64,000 nucleotides of DNA from Gracilinanus agilis (taxonomy: Eukaryota): NCBI RefSeq assembly GCF_016433145.1, contig NC_058132.1:87450549-87514548 (forward strand), written 5' to 3'. The first letter of the stretch is position 1. Each line of letters starts with the position of its first letter. The position numbers and the translations under genes are program-made. This document shows positions 49,713 through 60,803 of this stretch, piece by piece. Below the pieces are notes generated by a model. That model was not told the DNA's origin. It saw nothing but the letters and a program-made list of their open reading frames with translations, and did not search any database.

Positions 49713-51833
49713 GGAAACAAAATAAAAAGAATGAAAAAAAGAAGAAAATATAAAATATCTCATTGAAAAACAATTGACCTAAAAAAAGATCCAGAAGAGA
49801 TAATTTGAGAATTATTAGACCAACTGAAAGTCATGACCAAAAAAAAAAAAAGCAAGACATCATATTACAAGAAATTATCAAAGAAAACTCCTCTGATGTT
49901 CTTGAACAAAAGGTTAAACAGAAAGTGAAAGAATGCATAGAATACTTCCTGCAATAAATGCCCAAATGACAACTCCCAAGAATGTTATAACCAAGTTCAG
50001 TAGCTCTCAGGCCAAAGAGAAAAAAATTTGCAAGCAGCCGGATACAAAACAAGTCAAATATCTTGGAGCCCCATTCAGGATTACATAGGATCTGGGATCT
50101 TCTACACTGAAGGATCAAAAGACTTGGAATATGATATTCAAGAAGGCAAGGACACTGGGTTTACAACCAAGAATTACTTATCCATCAAAACTGACTGTAT
50201 TCTTTCAAGGGAAAAGTATAATCATTTAATAAATTAGAAGATTTCCAAGCATTCCTGACTTAAAGATAAGATTTAAAGACCTGACTTAAAGACCAGACTT
50301 AAACAGAAAATTTGATGTCCAAATACAAAATTCAAAAGGACCATGAAAAAAGGTAAGACAGAGAAAAAAATAAGGACTTCTTCAAGGTCAAATTGTTTAT
50401 ATTCCTATATGGAAAGAATATTTATAACTATCAGAAATTTTTATCATTACTATAGAAGTTAGAAGAAGTATGCATGAACAGAGGATGTGGTAGTAAGCCA
50501 TTTAGGGTAATATGTACAATTAAAAAAAATCTATGGGTGAAAAAGAGGATTGCATTAAAAATAGGAAGAAAAAAGTAAGATGTGGTCAATTATATCACAT
50601 AAAGAGGCATGGGGCAGGAGTGGGGGAACTATTACAGTGGAGGGGAAGATGAGGGTGATGATGTGTAATACTTAAAACTTACTCTCATTGGAATTGGCTC
50701 AGAGAGGGAAAAACAGCCAGACTCATTGGGGTATAGAATCCTATCTTACTCTATAAAGGAGTAGAGGAGGAATAAGAAAAGGAATAGTGGGGATGGGAGT
50801 AATATAAGGCAAGAGGTACTTGAAAAAGATGATTAAAAGTCCCTCTAGAGAAGTAGGAGGGAAATAAGAAGGGTGGTGGTGGGAAGAGGAATAATATAAG
50901 AGAGGGAGAAGTGGGAGAGTGATTAAGGGGCATCTTTTTGCTTTCTAGGTTATCAGGTAAAATTGAATATTCCTTTCAAAAAGGGAGGGAATTAACTTTA
51001 AAAGAAAAAAAGAAAAAGAATATTGCAGGAAAAAGTTATATCTGCAAAGGTCCCTGCCATGTAGTCTAGCTAGATTTTGTTTATTTGTTTGCTTTTTTCC
51101 CAAAGTCTTATCCTCTGTAGGCTAGTTTAACTTTTCCTTAAAAGATATTAAAACTATCCTTCAGACTTAATTGTCTCAGTCACTACACTGGATTCCATTG
51201 TAGCTTCCTGGTTGCTTAAGCATGTGATAAGATTTGTTTTCATCATTTCAACTTGGCAACTATTTGCAGAATGGTTAGGAGAGAGGAGAGAGTGGAGGCA
51301 GAGACACCAATTAGGAGTCTATTGTAGTACAACTGTGTAAGTATAAAGTAAACAAATTAAATATTTTGAAGAGTGGGGATTAACAAAAACTATTAAAGGG
51401 TAAATCATGAAGGCATAGCTTTAATTTTTATTCGGCATGAGAGTAATAGTGAAGTCAGAGATGGCAGTGATAAAATGATGATAGCAATATTGATAGTAAT
51501 GATAATTGTGGCAATTATGGTGACAATATGGTGGTCATCAAGGTGGTGAAACTGATTTTGAAGACAGAAATGGAGATTATTTATGGTGAAGTTGGATAAT
51601 GGGAGCTATTTTTCTTATGAAGGCCAATATTGGGTTTTGAGATGTAAACTTGCTGCATTATTTCCTATTCACTTCTCTTTATTACCAGTTAATGAGACTG
51701 ATTATTTAAAAAATTAATCTAAAAACTTGAATAGCCACAAAGACGTATAAAGAAGTCTTCTGAAGTTCATATGAGATGATAGAGATGAAGTGCTTTTCAA
51801 AACTTTGTGTTATATAAATGCTTCTTTTTATTT

Positions 51834-51974
51834 TATTTATTTTTTTATAGGCAATGGGGGTCAAGTGACTTGCCCAGGGTCACACAGTTTGGAAGTGTCT
51901 AAGGTCAGATTTGAAACTAGGACCTTCTATCTCTAGGCCTGGCTCTCAATCCACTGAGCTACTCAGCTGCCCCC
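51834..51974 (-). mobile_element. Short SINE1_Mdo-related SINE
   Basis: SINE head and core lacking the 3' CCCTTACCACTC segment; TSD AAATGCTTCTTTTTATTT (51816-51833 and 51975-51992). Confidence 0.85.
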
Positions 51975-52106
51975 AAATGCTTCTTTTTATTTCTATTACT
52001 GTTATTATATTAGCCTATAGACAAAATCTCGTTTGGTGATAATTTGATTCTTAAAATCTTTTACTGTATTCCTTCTGAGCTTGAGCAACATTTTCAGGGT
52101 AATATA

Positions 52107-52284
52107 GACTGTGCTTGTAAATTAGAATCTTGGAAAATACATACATATATAAGTTTTAAGGTTAATCTGCATTACTAACACTTTCTAAAGTCTAGACACT
52201 TAAGATAATTAATCAAGTCCTGATTTGTAGTGATTGCTGATTTCTAAAGTTAAATGCTCTAATTGATAACTCTAGCACACCCCT
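52107..52284. mobile_element. MER63-like hAT-Blackjack fragment
   Basis: TTAATCTGCATTA...CCTGATTTGTAG...AGCACACCCCT matches the MER63-type sequence as recalled. Confidence 0.55.
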
Positions 52285-52489
52285 AATGGAGAGACTGCAC
52301 TGATCCAAATGTGGTTAACTTGAGACAAAACGTTGATCAACTCAATGAATTGTGATTTAAAATTAAAGTAAAAATTCTCTTTGGAGTTGCCTTGAATCTG
52401 TGAAACATTTATTGCAGTCTGCTCAGTGTAGTCATAGCTTCCTCCTTTTTGGAGGGATTTTGAAATTGAAAAGGAAGACAGCTAGTTGA

Positions 52490-52690
52490 CAAAGTGCCAA
52501 GATCAGGAATACTTGAGTTCAAATCCTGTCTTAGACACTTTTAATCTGTGTAACTTTAGAAAGCCACTTAGTTCCTTTATATTTCAGTTTCTTCATTTGT
52601 AAAATGGTGACAAAATGACTATCTGCTAGGGTTATTGTGAGAATATGAGATAATGTAAAGGACCATGAAAACCTCAAAGTGTGATATAAA
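52490..52690 (+). mobile_element. MIR remnant
   Basis: GAGTTCAAATCCTG...TCAGTTTCTTCATTTGTAAAATGG...GTTATTGTGAG. Confidence 0.6.
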
Positions 52691-52864
52691 TTATTGGAAA
52701 TAGCCAAAAATCATTAGAATTCAATAATCAGAACAGCAAGGGAAATGTATAATGCTGCTGCTTATGGAAGAAAAATTGACATTTGCTAATAAATGTGATG
52801 CCCTTGTTTCTCACACAATCTGCCTCTGAAGGTCATTTCTGTGAGGAAAGAGACCATAATTTTG

Positions 52865-53305
52865 TCCATTGGGATTTCATTTGGAAAAAAAGCTGTGTGT
52901 GGGTCCTGAAGGACAAGACAGCTCCAATTGAGAAGCACGAGTCCTGCTATGCTTGGTAAACACACAATCTCAAGATTTTCTATTCAAACCTCCTAATTCC
53001 CATACATAAACAGCTCTAGAGGTCACCAGGGGATCCCAAACGGAGAAACCCAGTGAGAGTTAAATGGAAGACTCTCAAGCACTATTCTCCAAAGTTTGTT
53101 AAATTGAGTTGAATTAAATTGTCTCTGGGGAATTTGCAACTAGGGAAGACAGCTGCAGACCCTAAGCATCCTAAGCTCTACTTTAGGCTTCTGGAAAGGA
53201 TAAATAGTTCTTCAGTGACTCCCAACAGATCTGAGGTCTCTGTGTCTCTGTGGCTGCCTCTTACATTCACTTGTGTTGTTAGAAAAGCCATGGAGGGAGG
53301 TGAGT
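52865..53305 (+). promoter_or_regulatory. Candidate promoter / upstream exon of the fourth OR
   Basis: Non-repeat island with O/E-like TCCATTGGGA (52865) and TCTCTGGGGA (53122), each one mismatch from consensus; adjacent AATTA (53112); TATA-like GATAAATA (53199); consensus donor AG|GTGAGT at 53299/53300. Confidence 0.35.
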
Positions 53306-53399
53306 TACAGGGGCTGGTGGATAGAGACAGCTTCAAGAATCCAAGGAAAACCAATGTTTCTTAGTTTCTGTAACAGTAAAAGGCAGTGGCTTCTGACAA

Positions 53400-53542
53400 A
53401 ATCTACTTTTAGGTATGATCTTCATTATTAACTTTTTCTCTATGACTTTCTTATGTATACAATTATCAGAACAATAAATAAAGCCCTGATTTGTTGGTTT
53501 GCTAATTTCTGAAGTGCTAATGCTGACACTGAAAATTTAACA
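53400..53542. mobile_element. MER63-like hAT fragment
   Basis: AAGCCCTGATTTGT...ACACTGAAAATTTAACA, alignable to 52150-52260. Confidence 0.55.
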
Positions 53543-54139
53543 GCTAACCCTTTCCTGGGTTCAAGTTCTGCCTCTGTCTGATATATGTATATACTGCCTA
53601 TGTGACCCTGGGAAAGTCATTTCAATTCTCTGAGCATTAGCTTACTCTGTAAGCCAGAAATTGCAGAGACGTTTCTAATATGCCAGAGCAGAGTCAGTTT
53701 CCTCCCCTAGGACTTCTCTAAACCAAAGAAATCATAGGTCTAGTTTTTATCCCCATGCTTAGCCCATAAGAACAGAACTATGAACAACGATATGTTTTAA
53801 GCAGGCAAATTGAGACTATAGACAAGTACTTACAAGACTACAGACAAGTATTAATGATTTAGAGATATCCAAAAGCGTATTGGGATGCAGGTAAGTGTTA
53901 TACCTGATGATCACTGAGGTCCCTTCCCACTCTCAAGTTCCATGATTCTGGGAGGCAGTGAAGATTCTCTCTCCTTAAAGGGATTCAGGTAAAGGATGAA
54001 CCACTTATTGGTTGTATCATAAAGGGAATTTTTATTCACATACCAAGTTAATTAAATCACCCCTTGGATCCCCTGAAAAGATAAGATTCTCAGTTTTCAA
54101 AGTAAATTAATATATTCTAATATAGAGAAAAACTCTTTA

Positions 54140-54300
54140 CAATGGAGTACAGAATTTAGAGTCAGAAGAGCTGGGTTTGATGGCAGAGTTTGGCACTCAC
54201 TAATTAACAATTTGACCTTTGATATCACATTTCTTTAGGTCTAAGTTTCTTCATCTAGAAAATGAAAGTTTAGGATTAGATGAACTCTAGAGTCTTTCTT
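54140..54300 (+). mobile_element. MIR remnant
   Basis: GAGTCAGAAGAGCTGGGTTTGA...AGTTTCTTCATCTAGAAAATG. Confidence 0.55.
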
Positions 54301-54359
54301 CCCTCTATGTTGATAGTATATGATGTGCTAGTAGATAAGTATTGTATCGAATAAAGAAA

Positions 54360-54520
54360 TGAAACAAGGAAGGAAGAAAAAGGGAAAAAGAAAGAGAGAA
54401 GGGAAACCAAGACATGAAGGAAGGAAGGAAAGAAGTGATCAAATGGACAGATGGATGGACAGACAGATGGAGAGATGGACAGATGGATAAACAGAGAAAA
54501 CTCAACTAAAAAAAGAGAAG
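54360..54520. repeat. Purine-rich low complexity (AAGG, GATG and GACA-type units)
   Basis: Direct reading. Confidence 0.75.
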
Positions 54521-54658
54521 AAAGAATCTTCCTTTGATAATTTCTCTTTGTTCAATTTAGACTGCAATACTTTAAGTATCTTTGATTTTAACTTTGTATG
54601 GATTCTCCCTCTGATAATGCAGATCCTAATTCTCTACAATTTAGTAGATGACCATCTT

Positions 54659-55114
54659 TTTTTTTAAATTTAAATACTTATTAATATTCATTTTTTTCTT
54701 AACATTTATTAATAATCATTTTTAACATGGTTACATGATTCATGCTCCTACTTTCCCCTTCACCCCCCGCACTCCCCCCACCCATGGCCGATGCATATTT
54801 CCACTGGTTTTGTCATGTGTCCTTGATCAAGACCTATTTCCAAGGTGTTGGTAGTTGCATTGGTGTGGTAGTTTCGAGTCCACATCCTCAATCATGTCCA
54901 CCCTGACCCATGCGTTCAAGCAGTTGTTTTTCTTATATGTTTCCTCTCCTGCAGTCCTTCCTCTGAATGTGGGTAGCGTTCTTTACCGTAAATCCCTCAA
55001 AATTGTCCTGTGTCATTGTATTGCTGCTGGTACAGAAGTCCATTACATTCAATTTTTACCACAGTATATCAGTCTCTGTGTACAATGTTCTTCTGGCTCT
55101 GCTCCTTTTGCTCT
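54659..55114 (-). mobile_element. 5'-truncated L1 3' UTR
   Basis: TSD GTAGATGACCATCTT / GTAGAAGGCCATCTT (54644-54658 and 55115-55129). Confidence 0.85.
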
Positions 55115-55914
55115 GTAGAAGGCCATCTTAAGGAGTTACCATGACTTAAAGCTTTATCTCCCCTCACAGCCAATTCAATAGTAATCATCACCAAATTTGG
55201 TTAGACTGGACTTTCAGACTCATATATGACATATCCACAAGTCTATACTCAAAATCTCTCTGATCTGTGAGAATCTTTTATTGCTTGTGCTCCATTAGCC
55301 TTTTAGAGTCTTTGAGATGAGGTGCCAGAGAATATTTGTGGAGGAGAAGCCTAAAGTGTTGGAGAAGTGAGAATTAACACTATTACTCCTGATTCTGTCT
55401 TCTGTGGTTACACAGAACATATCCAATCTCTCTTCAATATAAATTTTCAAATACTTCCAGATAGCAATTATATCCTTCTTGCAACCCTCACTCTCTGTGC
55501 TAAGTATATACCTGTGATGGGAAAAATTCACTAATAGTTATTCTTTAGTTGTATGAGTCAGTTTTCCTATACCTTAAACATTTCTGAGAGATAAAATGAT
55601 TTGCTTGCATAGTATTGTTGGACATATTGCTTGAATTTAATGTCTTGTTCATTTATATTTCATTCTATAAATAAAATGATAGATTTGACCAGTGGAATGC
55701 CAAGTAAGAATCAGTTAGGGATGATAACATTGTTAGTCATATTCATTTATAAATTTTTCAGAAATATTATCTATATAAATTAGGTTGTTTCGAAAATCAC
55801 AGCTCACATTTATATTTTAATTTACATTTTGCTCTAATAATAAAAAAATTACACAGTACCTACTATGTACCAGGCACAGAGAAAGAGTTGGAAATTTTAA
55901 AAGTTACAAAAAAA

Positions 55915-56097
55915 GGAAGCACCTAGGTGACTCAGTGGATTGACAGCCAGGCCTAGAGATGGGATCTCCTGGGTTCAAATTTGACTGCAGATATTTCCAA
56001 GCTGGGTGACTCTGGGCAAGTCACTTAATCCCAGTTTCCAAGCCCTTATTACCCTTTTGCCTTAGAATTGATAATTAGTATTGATTCTAAGAGAGAA
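55915..56097 (+). mobile_element. Older, diverged SINE1_Mdo-type SINE
   Basis: CTAGGTGACTCAGTGGAT...GGGTTCAAAT...GGGCAAGTCACTTAA...GTATTGATTCTAAG. Confidence 0.8.
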
Positions 56098-56220
56098 TTT
56101 TTTTTTGTTTTTGTTTGTAACAACAATCATGGGTTGTTGTTACTGGATTCTGGTAAACTTTTAAAAAAGCATAAGGATGGGCACATAGAAGAGGCTTGAA
56201 AATTTTAAATAATCACTTCA

Positions 56221-56269
56221 TTGGATTATTCTGCTTTCTAGCCCTGTGACTTCATCTCCTTGGCTGCAG
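56221..56269 (+). promoter_or_regulatory. Candidate splice acceptors for the fourth OR (AG ending 56241 or 56269)
   Basis: TTATTCTGCTTTCTAG| and CTTCATCTCCTTGGCTGCAG|, both pyrimidine tract plus YAG. Confidence 0.5.
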
Positions 56270-56313
56270 AGCAGGCAAGAAGGTCATTGGGTGAAACTGA
56301 CAGTTTTCATGGT

Positions 56314-57261
56314 ATGTCTACTCCCAACATCTCCATCAACTATGACATGTTTGTGTTGACTGGCATCCCTGGCCTGAAAGAGATGCATGTGTGGATCTCC
56401 ATCCCCTTCTGCCTGATGTACCTGGTTGCTGTATCAGGAAATTTCATTCTCATCTTTGTGGTGGCTATTGAGCACAGTTTCCATGAACCCATGTACCTCT
56501 TCCTGTCCATGCTAGCATTTTGGGACCTGATCTTGTCCACTTCTACTGTGCCCAAGGCCCTGGCCATCTTCTGGTTGGAAGACACAGACATCTCCTTTGG
56601 GGGCTGTGTCACTCAGCTCTTCTTCATGCACTTTGCCTTTGTGGTGGAATCAGGGATCCTCTTGGCCATGGCCTTTGACCGCTACGTGGCCATCTGCTAT
56701 CCACTGCAGTACACCACCATCCTCAACCACAGTGCCATTGGCAAAATTGGGGGAATTGTAGTGTTCAGAAGCTTTGCTACTATTTTCCCCATTGTCTTCC
56801 TGCTGAAACGCCTGCCTTTCTGCCGAACCAACATCATTTCCCACACATTCTGTGAGCACATGGGCCTGGCCAAGCTGGCCTGTGCAGATATCACCATCAA
56901 TATCTGGTATGGAATCTCTGTACCCTTGCTCAGTGTCATGCTTGACATGGTGGTCATTGTCATTTCCTATATTCTCATCCTCCAGGCAGTCTTCAGGTTA
57001 CCTTCTCGAGATGCCCGACTCAAGACCCTTAGCACCTGTGGCTCCCATGTCTGTGTCATCCTCATGTTCTATCTGCCAGGTATTTTCACTGTCATCGCTG
57101 AGCGCTTTGGCCGGAAAATCCCAAGGCATGTCCATATCCTGCTGGCCAATCTCTATGTGCTTGTGCCCCCCATGATGAATCCAGTTATTTATGGGGTGAA
57201 AACCAAGCAGATCAGGGAGCGAGTGAGCCTCTTGTTTTCACCAAAGGGGAAATGCTGTTGA
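56314..57261 (+). CDS. Class I olfactory receptor, OR52B subfamily (possibly OR52B3-type), 315 aa from the first in-frame ATG
   Basis: The ORF-track start at 56260 is TTG; the first in-frame ATG is 56314 (MSTPNIS, with an NIS glycosylation site). Motifs FHEPMY, MAFDRYVAICYPLQY, HTFCEHMG, KTLSTCGSH, PPMMNPVIYGVKTKQIR. Subfamily assignment by resemblance to OR52B2/B4 as recalled. Confidence 0.9.
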   Translation: MSTPNISINYDMFVLTGIPGLKEMHVWISIPFCLMYLVAVSGNFILIFVVAIEHSFHEPMYLFLSMLAFWDLILSTSTVPKALAIFWLEDTDISFGGCVTQLFFMHFAFVVESGILLAMAFDRYVAICYPLQYTTILNHSAIGKIGGIVVFRSFATIFPIVFLLKRLPFCRTNIISHTFCEHMGLAKLACADITINIWYGISVPLLSVMLDMVVIVISYILILQAVFRLPSRDARLKTLSTCGSHVCVILMFYLPGIFTVIAERFGRKIPRHVHILLANLYVLVPPMMNPVIYGVKTKQIRERVSLLFSPKGKCC

Positions 57262-57959
57262 AGGAGACTGCAATAATGGTGGGTAGAGTTTTGGTCTTGT
57301 CTTGAATAATGGTAGATGTTGAACAAGATTTTGTTTGATTTTTGAAATTTTGATTTTTTCTTAAGATGAATATCTTATTGGAAAATAGAATGAAACCAAA
57401 TTTTGGGCTTTCTTTTTTTCCTTATGAGATTATTGTCCTAAACCACTGTATGATATTGTTTTTCTTTTTCATAAATATCCATGTAACTCACTATTTTAAA
57501 TGAATCCTGTCATGTATCCATTGGTGAAGCAATGAATTCTTTTAAAAATGCACAATATTCTACCACTTTTTGTGTTCAGATATACTCTGCCATTTCTTGT
57601 TGTCTTTTCTCATGCTGTTGCCTATTACCTTGATGTCTTGGAATGTCTACTCTTTAGCCGTTGCATTCTTACCTATCATTTAAAGATAAACTCAAACATA
57701 ACCTCTTCACGCAAGTCTGTCCTGATATCACTTCTTGGTAAAAACCTTGGTTTTCCCATTCCTTTGATCCTCAAATAGCCCATTGGGGGATAGAATTAAT
57801 GAAATTCATCAGAATTATTTTATATTACAGTTATTTATATGTCTGTGTTATATCACTTAACAGAAGATAACTTCTATGCGGGGACTAGCACAATGTTTTC
57901 TGACTATTGTAAACACTTAATAAAGGTTGAATTTTTGAATGCTGTGCAATGTTGGATAA

Positions 57960-58270
57960 AGACTTGGTCTCTTCCTTCTATGATGTTCTTAGTGTACAGA
58001 TTATCCTCCTATTTCTGCCCAATTCATATTGCATCAATTCATAGAGGTCTTTCCAATTTCCTCTGAAACTGTCTATTTTGTAACATCTTATGGTATAATA
58101 ATATTTCATTATAAACATTTAGCACAATTTGTTTAATCAATAGGTTGAAAGCCAATTTTTGTTCACTATAAAAAGATTTTTAAATATTTTTTCATATATA
58201 AATCTCTTTCCTTTTGAATTTCTTTGGGGATGGAGGCCTAATAATGATATAATGAGATCAAAGAGTCTGT
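57960..58270 (-). mobile_element. Old L1 3' UTR fragment
   Basis: TTCATATTGCATCAATTCATAGAGGTCTTTCC...CACAATTTGTT. Confidence 0.55.
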
Positions 58271-60296
58271 GCATAAGGGCGTTCTGGGAAGATGGTGCTT
58301 AGATGGAGCCAATCTTAAAGCCTCTGCACCCTTCCACACCGAGATAGAAAACAATATGCTTCAAGAAGAAACAGGAACAAATCTACCAGTGGGACAGAGC
58401 AAGGGGAATCCTTCTGCTGGACATCTCAAGAGGTATGCCTAGAAAAAGGCTTGAATTCTTGAACTGTCAGGTCTGAGGGTATATAAGGGGAATCCCAGGA
58501 CACCTCCCCCATGTACTGTGTGGAGTCTCAGTGGCCCCTGAAATCTCAGGGTGGGCGGAGGCACTGGCATGGAAGAGAGGGCCTTCCTGGCATCGACTTG
58601 GGGAATTGAACACAGGCACTGGGGAGGTGACTGGAGGAGAAAGCCAGAGAAACACAGCAAAAATGCCCAGAAGATGGAGGCTTAGAAAGAGCCAAACCTC
58701 AGACCTCAGACAACTTGGCTTCATCACACCGAGATAGAGAACAAAGGGCTTCAAGAAGAAAGAAAACCAGATCAAACACAAGGACAGAGCAGGGGGACCC
58801 TACTGTTGGACAGCTCAGCTCAGCAAAAACACTCCTTGTTCCCCCACTTTTTCCCTCTAGAGGTTTTAGCCTCAGGGCAGATTAAGCAGTACAGACTAAT
58901 CCAATCAATACAGGCTTAATCTCATCAATTGGACAGACAAGAAGTCTTCAGAGGACAGAGAAAGTAGCTACAAAACTCCATTGCCATCTGAGGGAAGATC
59001 TCTCATCAAAGATCATTAAATCCATCTGCTCAAACTAGCAAAAGAGAAAAGGAAAAAAATATGATTAAACAACAGAAAAAGAGAAAAGAAATGAAAATTG
59101 ACAGCTTCTTTCAAAGAAGTGAAAAGAAAGCAAATGAAATAGAAAAAGAAGAAGAGGAAGAAGTTCCAGCGAATTGGACACAGATTTTGGAAGATCTCAA
59201 AATTCAATTAACTCAAGTATTTCAGGAACTCAAAAATCAATCAAGAGAGGCTGAAAACAATTTGAAAAACGAAATACATGAACTAAAACAACAAAACAAA
59301 GTCTTAAAAGACATAATATGCCAGCTTGAAAATGAAGCAAAGAAGGCAAAAGATGATCTACAAAGAAAATCAGACTAGAAGGAGAAGGATGACCAAAAAG
59401 CCAGGGATGAAATTCAGTCTTTAAAAAACAGAACTCAACAACTAGAAACAAATGACTTAACAAGGCAGTAAGAATATATTAAACAAAAAAAATGAAAAAT
59501 TTGTGGAGAATATGAAACACCTCATTGATTCAACCAAAGATCTGGAGAACAGAGCTAGAAGAGACAATTTAATAACTATTGGTTTACCAGAACACCATGA
59601 TAAAAGAAAAAGTTTATACAGCATCCTACAAGAAATTATCAGTCAATTGCCCTGAAATTCTCAAACAAGAGGGAAACGTGGAAATTGAAAGAATCCACAG
59701 ATCACCTCCTACATTTAATCCACAACTGACAACTTCCAGGAATATTATAGCAAAATTCAAAAACGACCACACCAAGGAAAAAATATTACAAGCTTCTAAA
59801 AAGAAGTTATTCAGATATCAGGGATCCACAGTTAGGATAACATAGGATCTGGCTGCATCTACATTGAAGGACTGGAAGACATGGAACATAATATTCCAGA
59901 TAGCAAGAGAACTGGGTCTACAACCAAGAATCAACTATCCAGCAAAACTGACTATGCTTTTTGCAGGGGAAAGTATGGTCATTCAATATAACTGAGGACT
60001 TCTAAGCATTCATCAAGAAAAAAATGTACTTAAACAGAGAGTTTGCTGCCCAAACACAGAACTCAAGAGAATCACCATAAGGTAATTAAGAGAGTAGGGG
60101 GGACGGAAAAATATTTTCTTTAAGGGACCAATAAGTTCAATCGATTTTTATCCCTAGAAGAAAAGAAGGTATTGGCAAATATTAAAAATATTTATTACCA
60201 ACAGGGTACCTAGAAGATGTATACGTAGAGGGAACAGTGACAAACTGTATATATTGAAATGTCAAGAGATATATATGTATATATGTATGTATGTAC

Positions 60297-60617
60297 TGTA
60301 AAGATTGAAATTAATATTCAATGCCTCCAAAGTATGATATTATAAGGATTTTTATTTAAATGCCCTGGGGAAGAACCTAACTCACCCTTCACCATGGTGC
60401 CTTCTCTCCAAAAAGCCCTGACACCACGCCCACCATGACCATATCCCAAAAAATAGCCCGAGAAAACCACAACCAATAGGAAAAGGCTAAAGGAATTCTG
60501 GGTATGGTGAAAAGGAGTTTGGGTAATGTAGTTTTAACTCACAACCAATAGGAAAAGGCTTAAGGAATTATGGGTAATGTAGTTTTAAAGGGAGTACAAG
60601 GTATTTTCAACTTTACA
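60297..60617 (-). mobile_element. Solo LTR in an L1 spacer microsatellite
   Basis: Near-perfect inverted termini TGTAAAGATTGAAA / TTTTCAACTTTACA, minus-strand AATAAA near 60353, internal direct repeats with CCAAT boxes. TSD degenerate. Confidence 0.7.
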
Positions 60618-60645
60618 TTATGTATGTATGTATAAATATATACAT

Positions 60646-60803
60646 GGGGGCAGCTAGGTAGGTCCTAGGTTCAAATCCGGCCTCAGACACTTCCCAGCTG
60701 TGTGACCCTGGGCAAGTCACTTGACCCCCATTGCCCACCCTTACCACTTTTTCACCTATGATCCAATACACAGAAGTTAAGGTTTAAAAAAAATAAAAAA
60801 ATA
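60646..60803 (+). mobile_element. Young opossum SINE with an internal deletion of about 35 nt
   Basis: GGGGGCAGCTAGGTA joined directly to GGTCCTAGGTTCAAAT; TSD ATAAATATATACA (60632-60644 and 60804-60816). Confidence 0.9.

Larger units (their letters stand above)
48430..50940 (+). mobile_element. Decayed L1 5' part: 5' UTR, broken ORF1, inter-ORF spacer
   Basis: ORF1 remnants LEELKKEFKNQIREV, SRRDNLRII, LQEIIKEN, GLQPRITYPSKL with stops and frameshifts. Confidence 0.8.

Noticed and set aside
52692-53542. Possible 850-bp solo LTR driving the fourth OR (AATAAA and a ...TTTAACA end)
   Set aside because: No TG start or TSD. The apparent end aligns with 52150-52260 and matches MER63-type hAT sequence, so it is a DNA transposon fragment next to unique sequence.
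56260-56313. 333-aa OR starting at 56260 as given by the ORF track
   Set aside because: The codon is TTG, an alternative-start artefact for a mammalian gene. The first in-frame ATG is 56314. The upstream codons matter only under the spliced-extension hypothesis.
59061-59845. Coiled-coil-like ORFs of 105 and 88 aa
   Set aside because: Broken L1 ORF1 pieces with stops and frameshifts, not a host gene.
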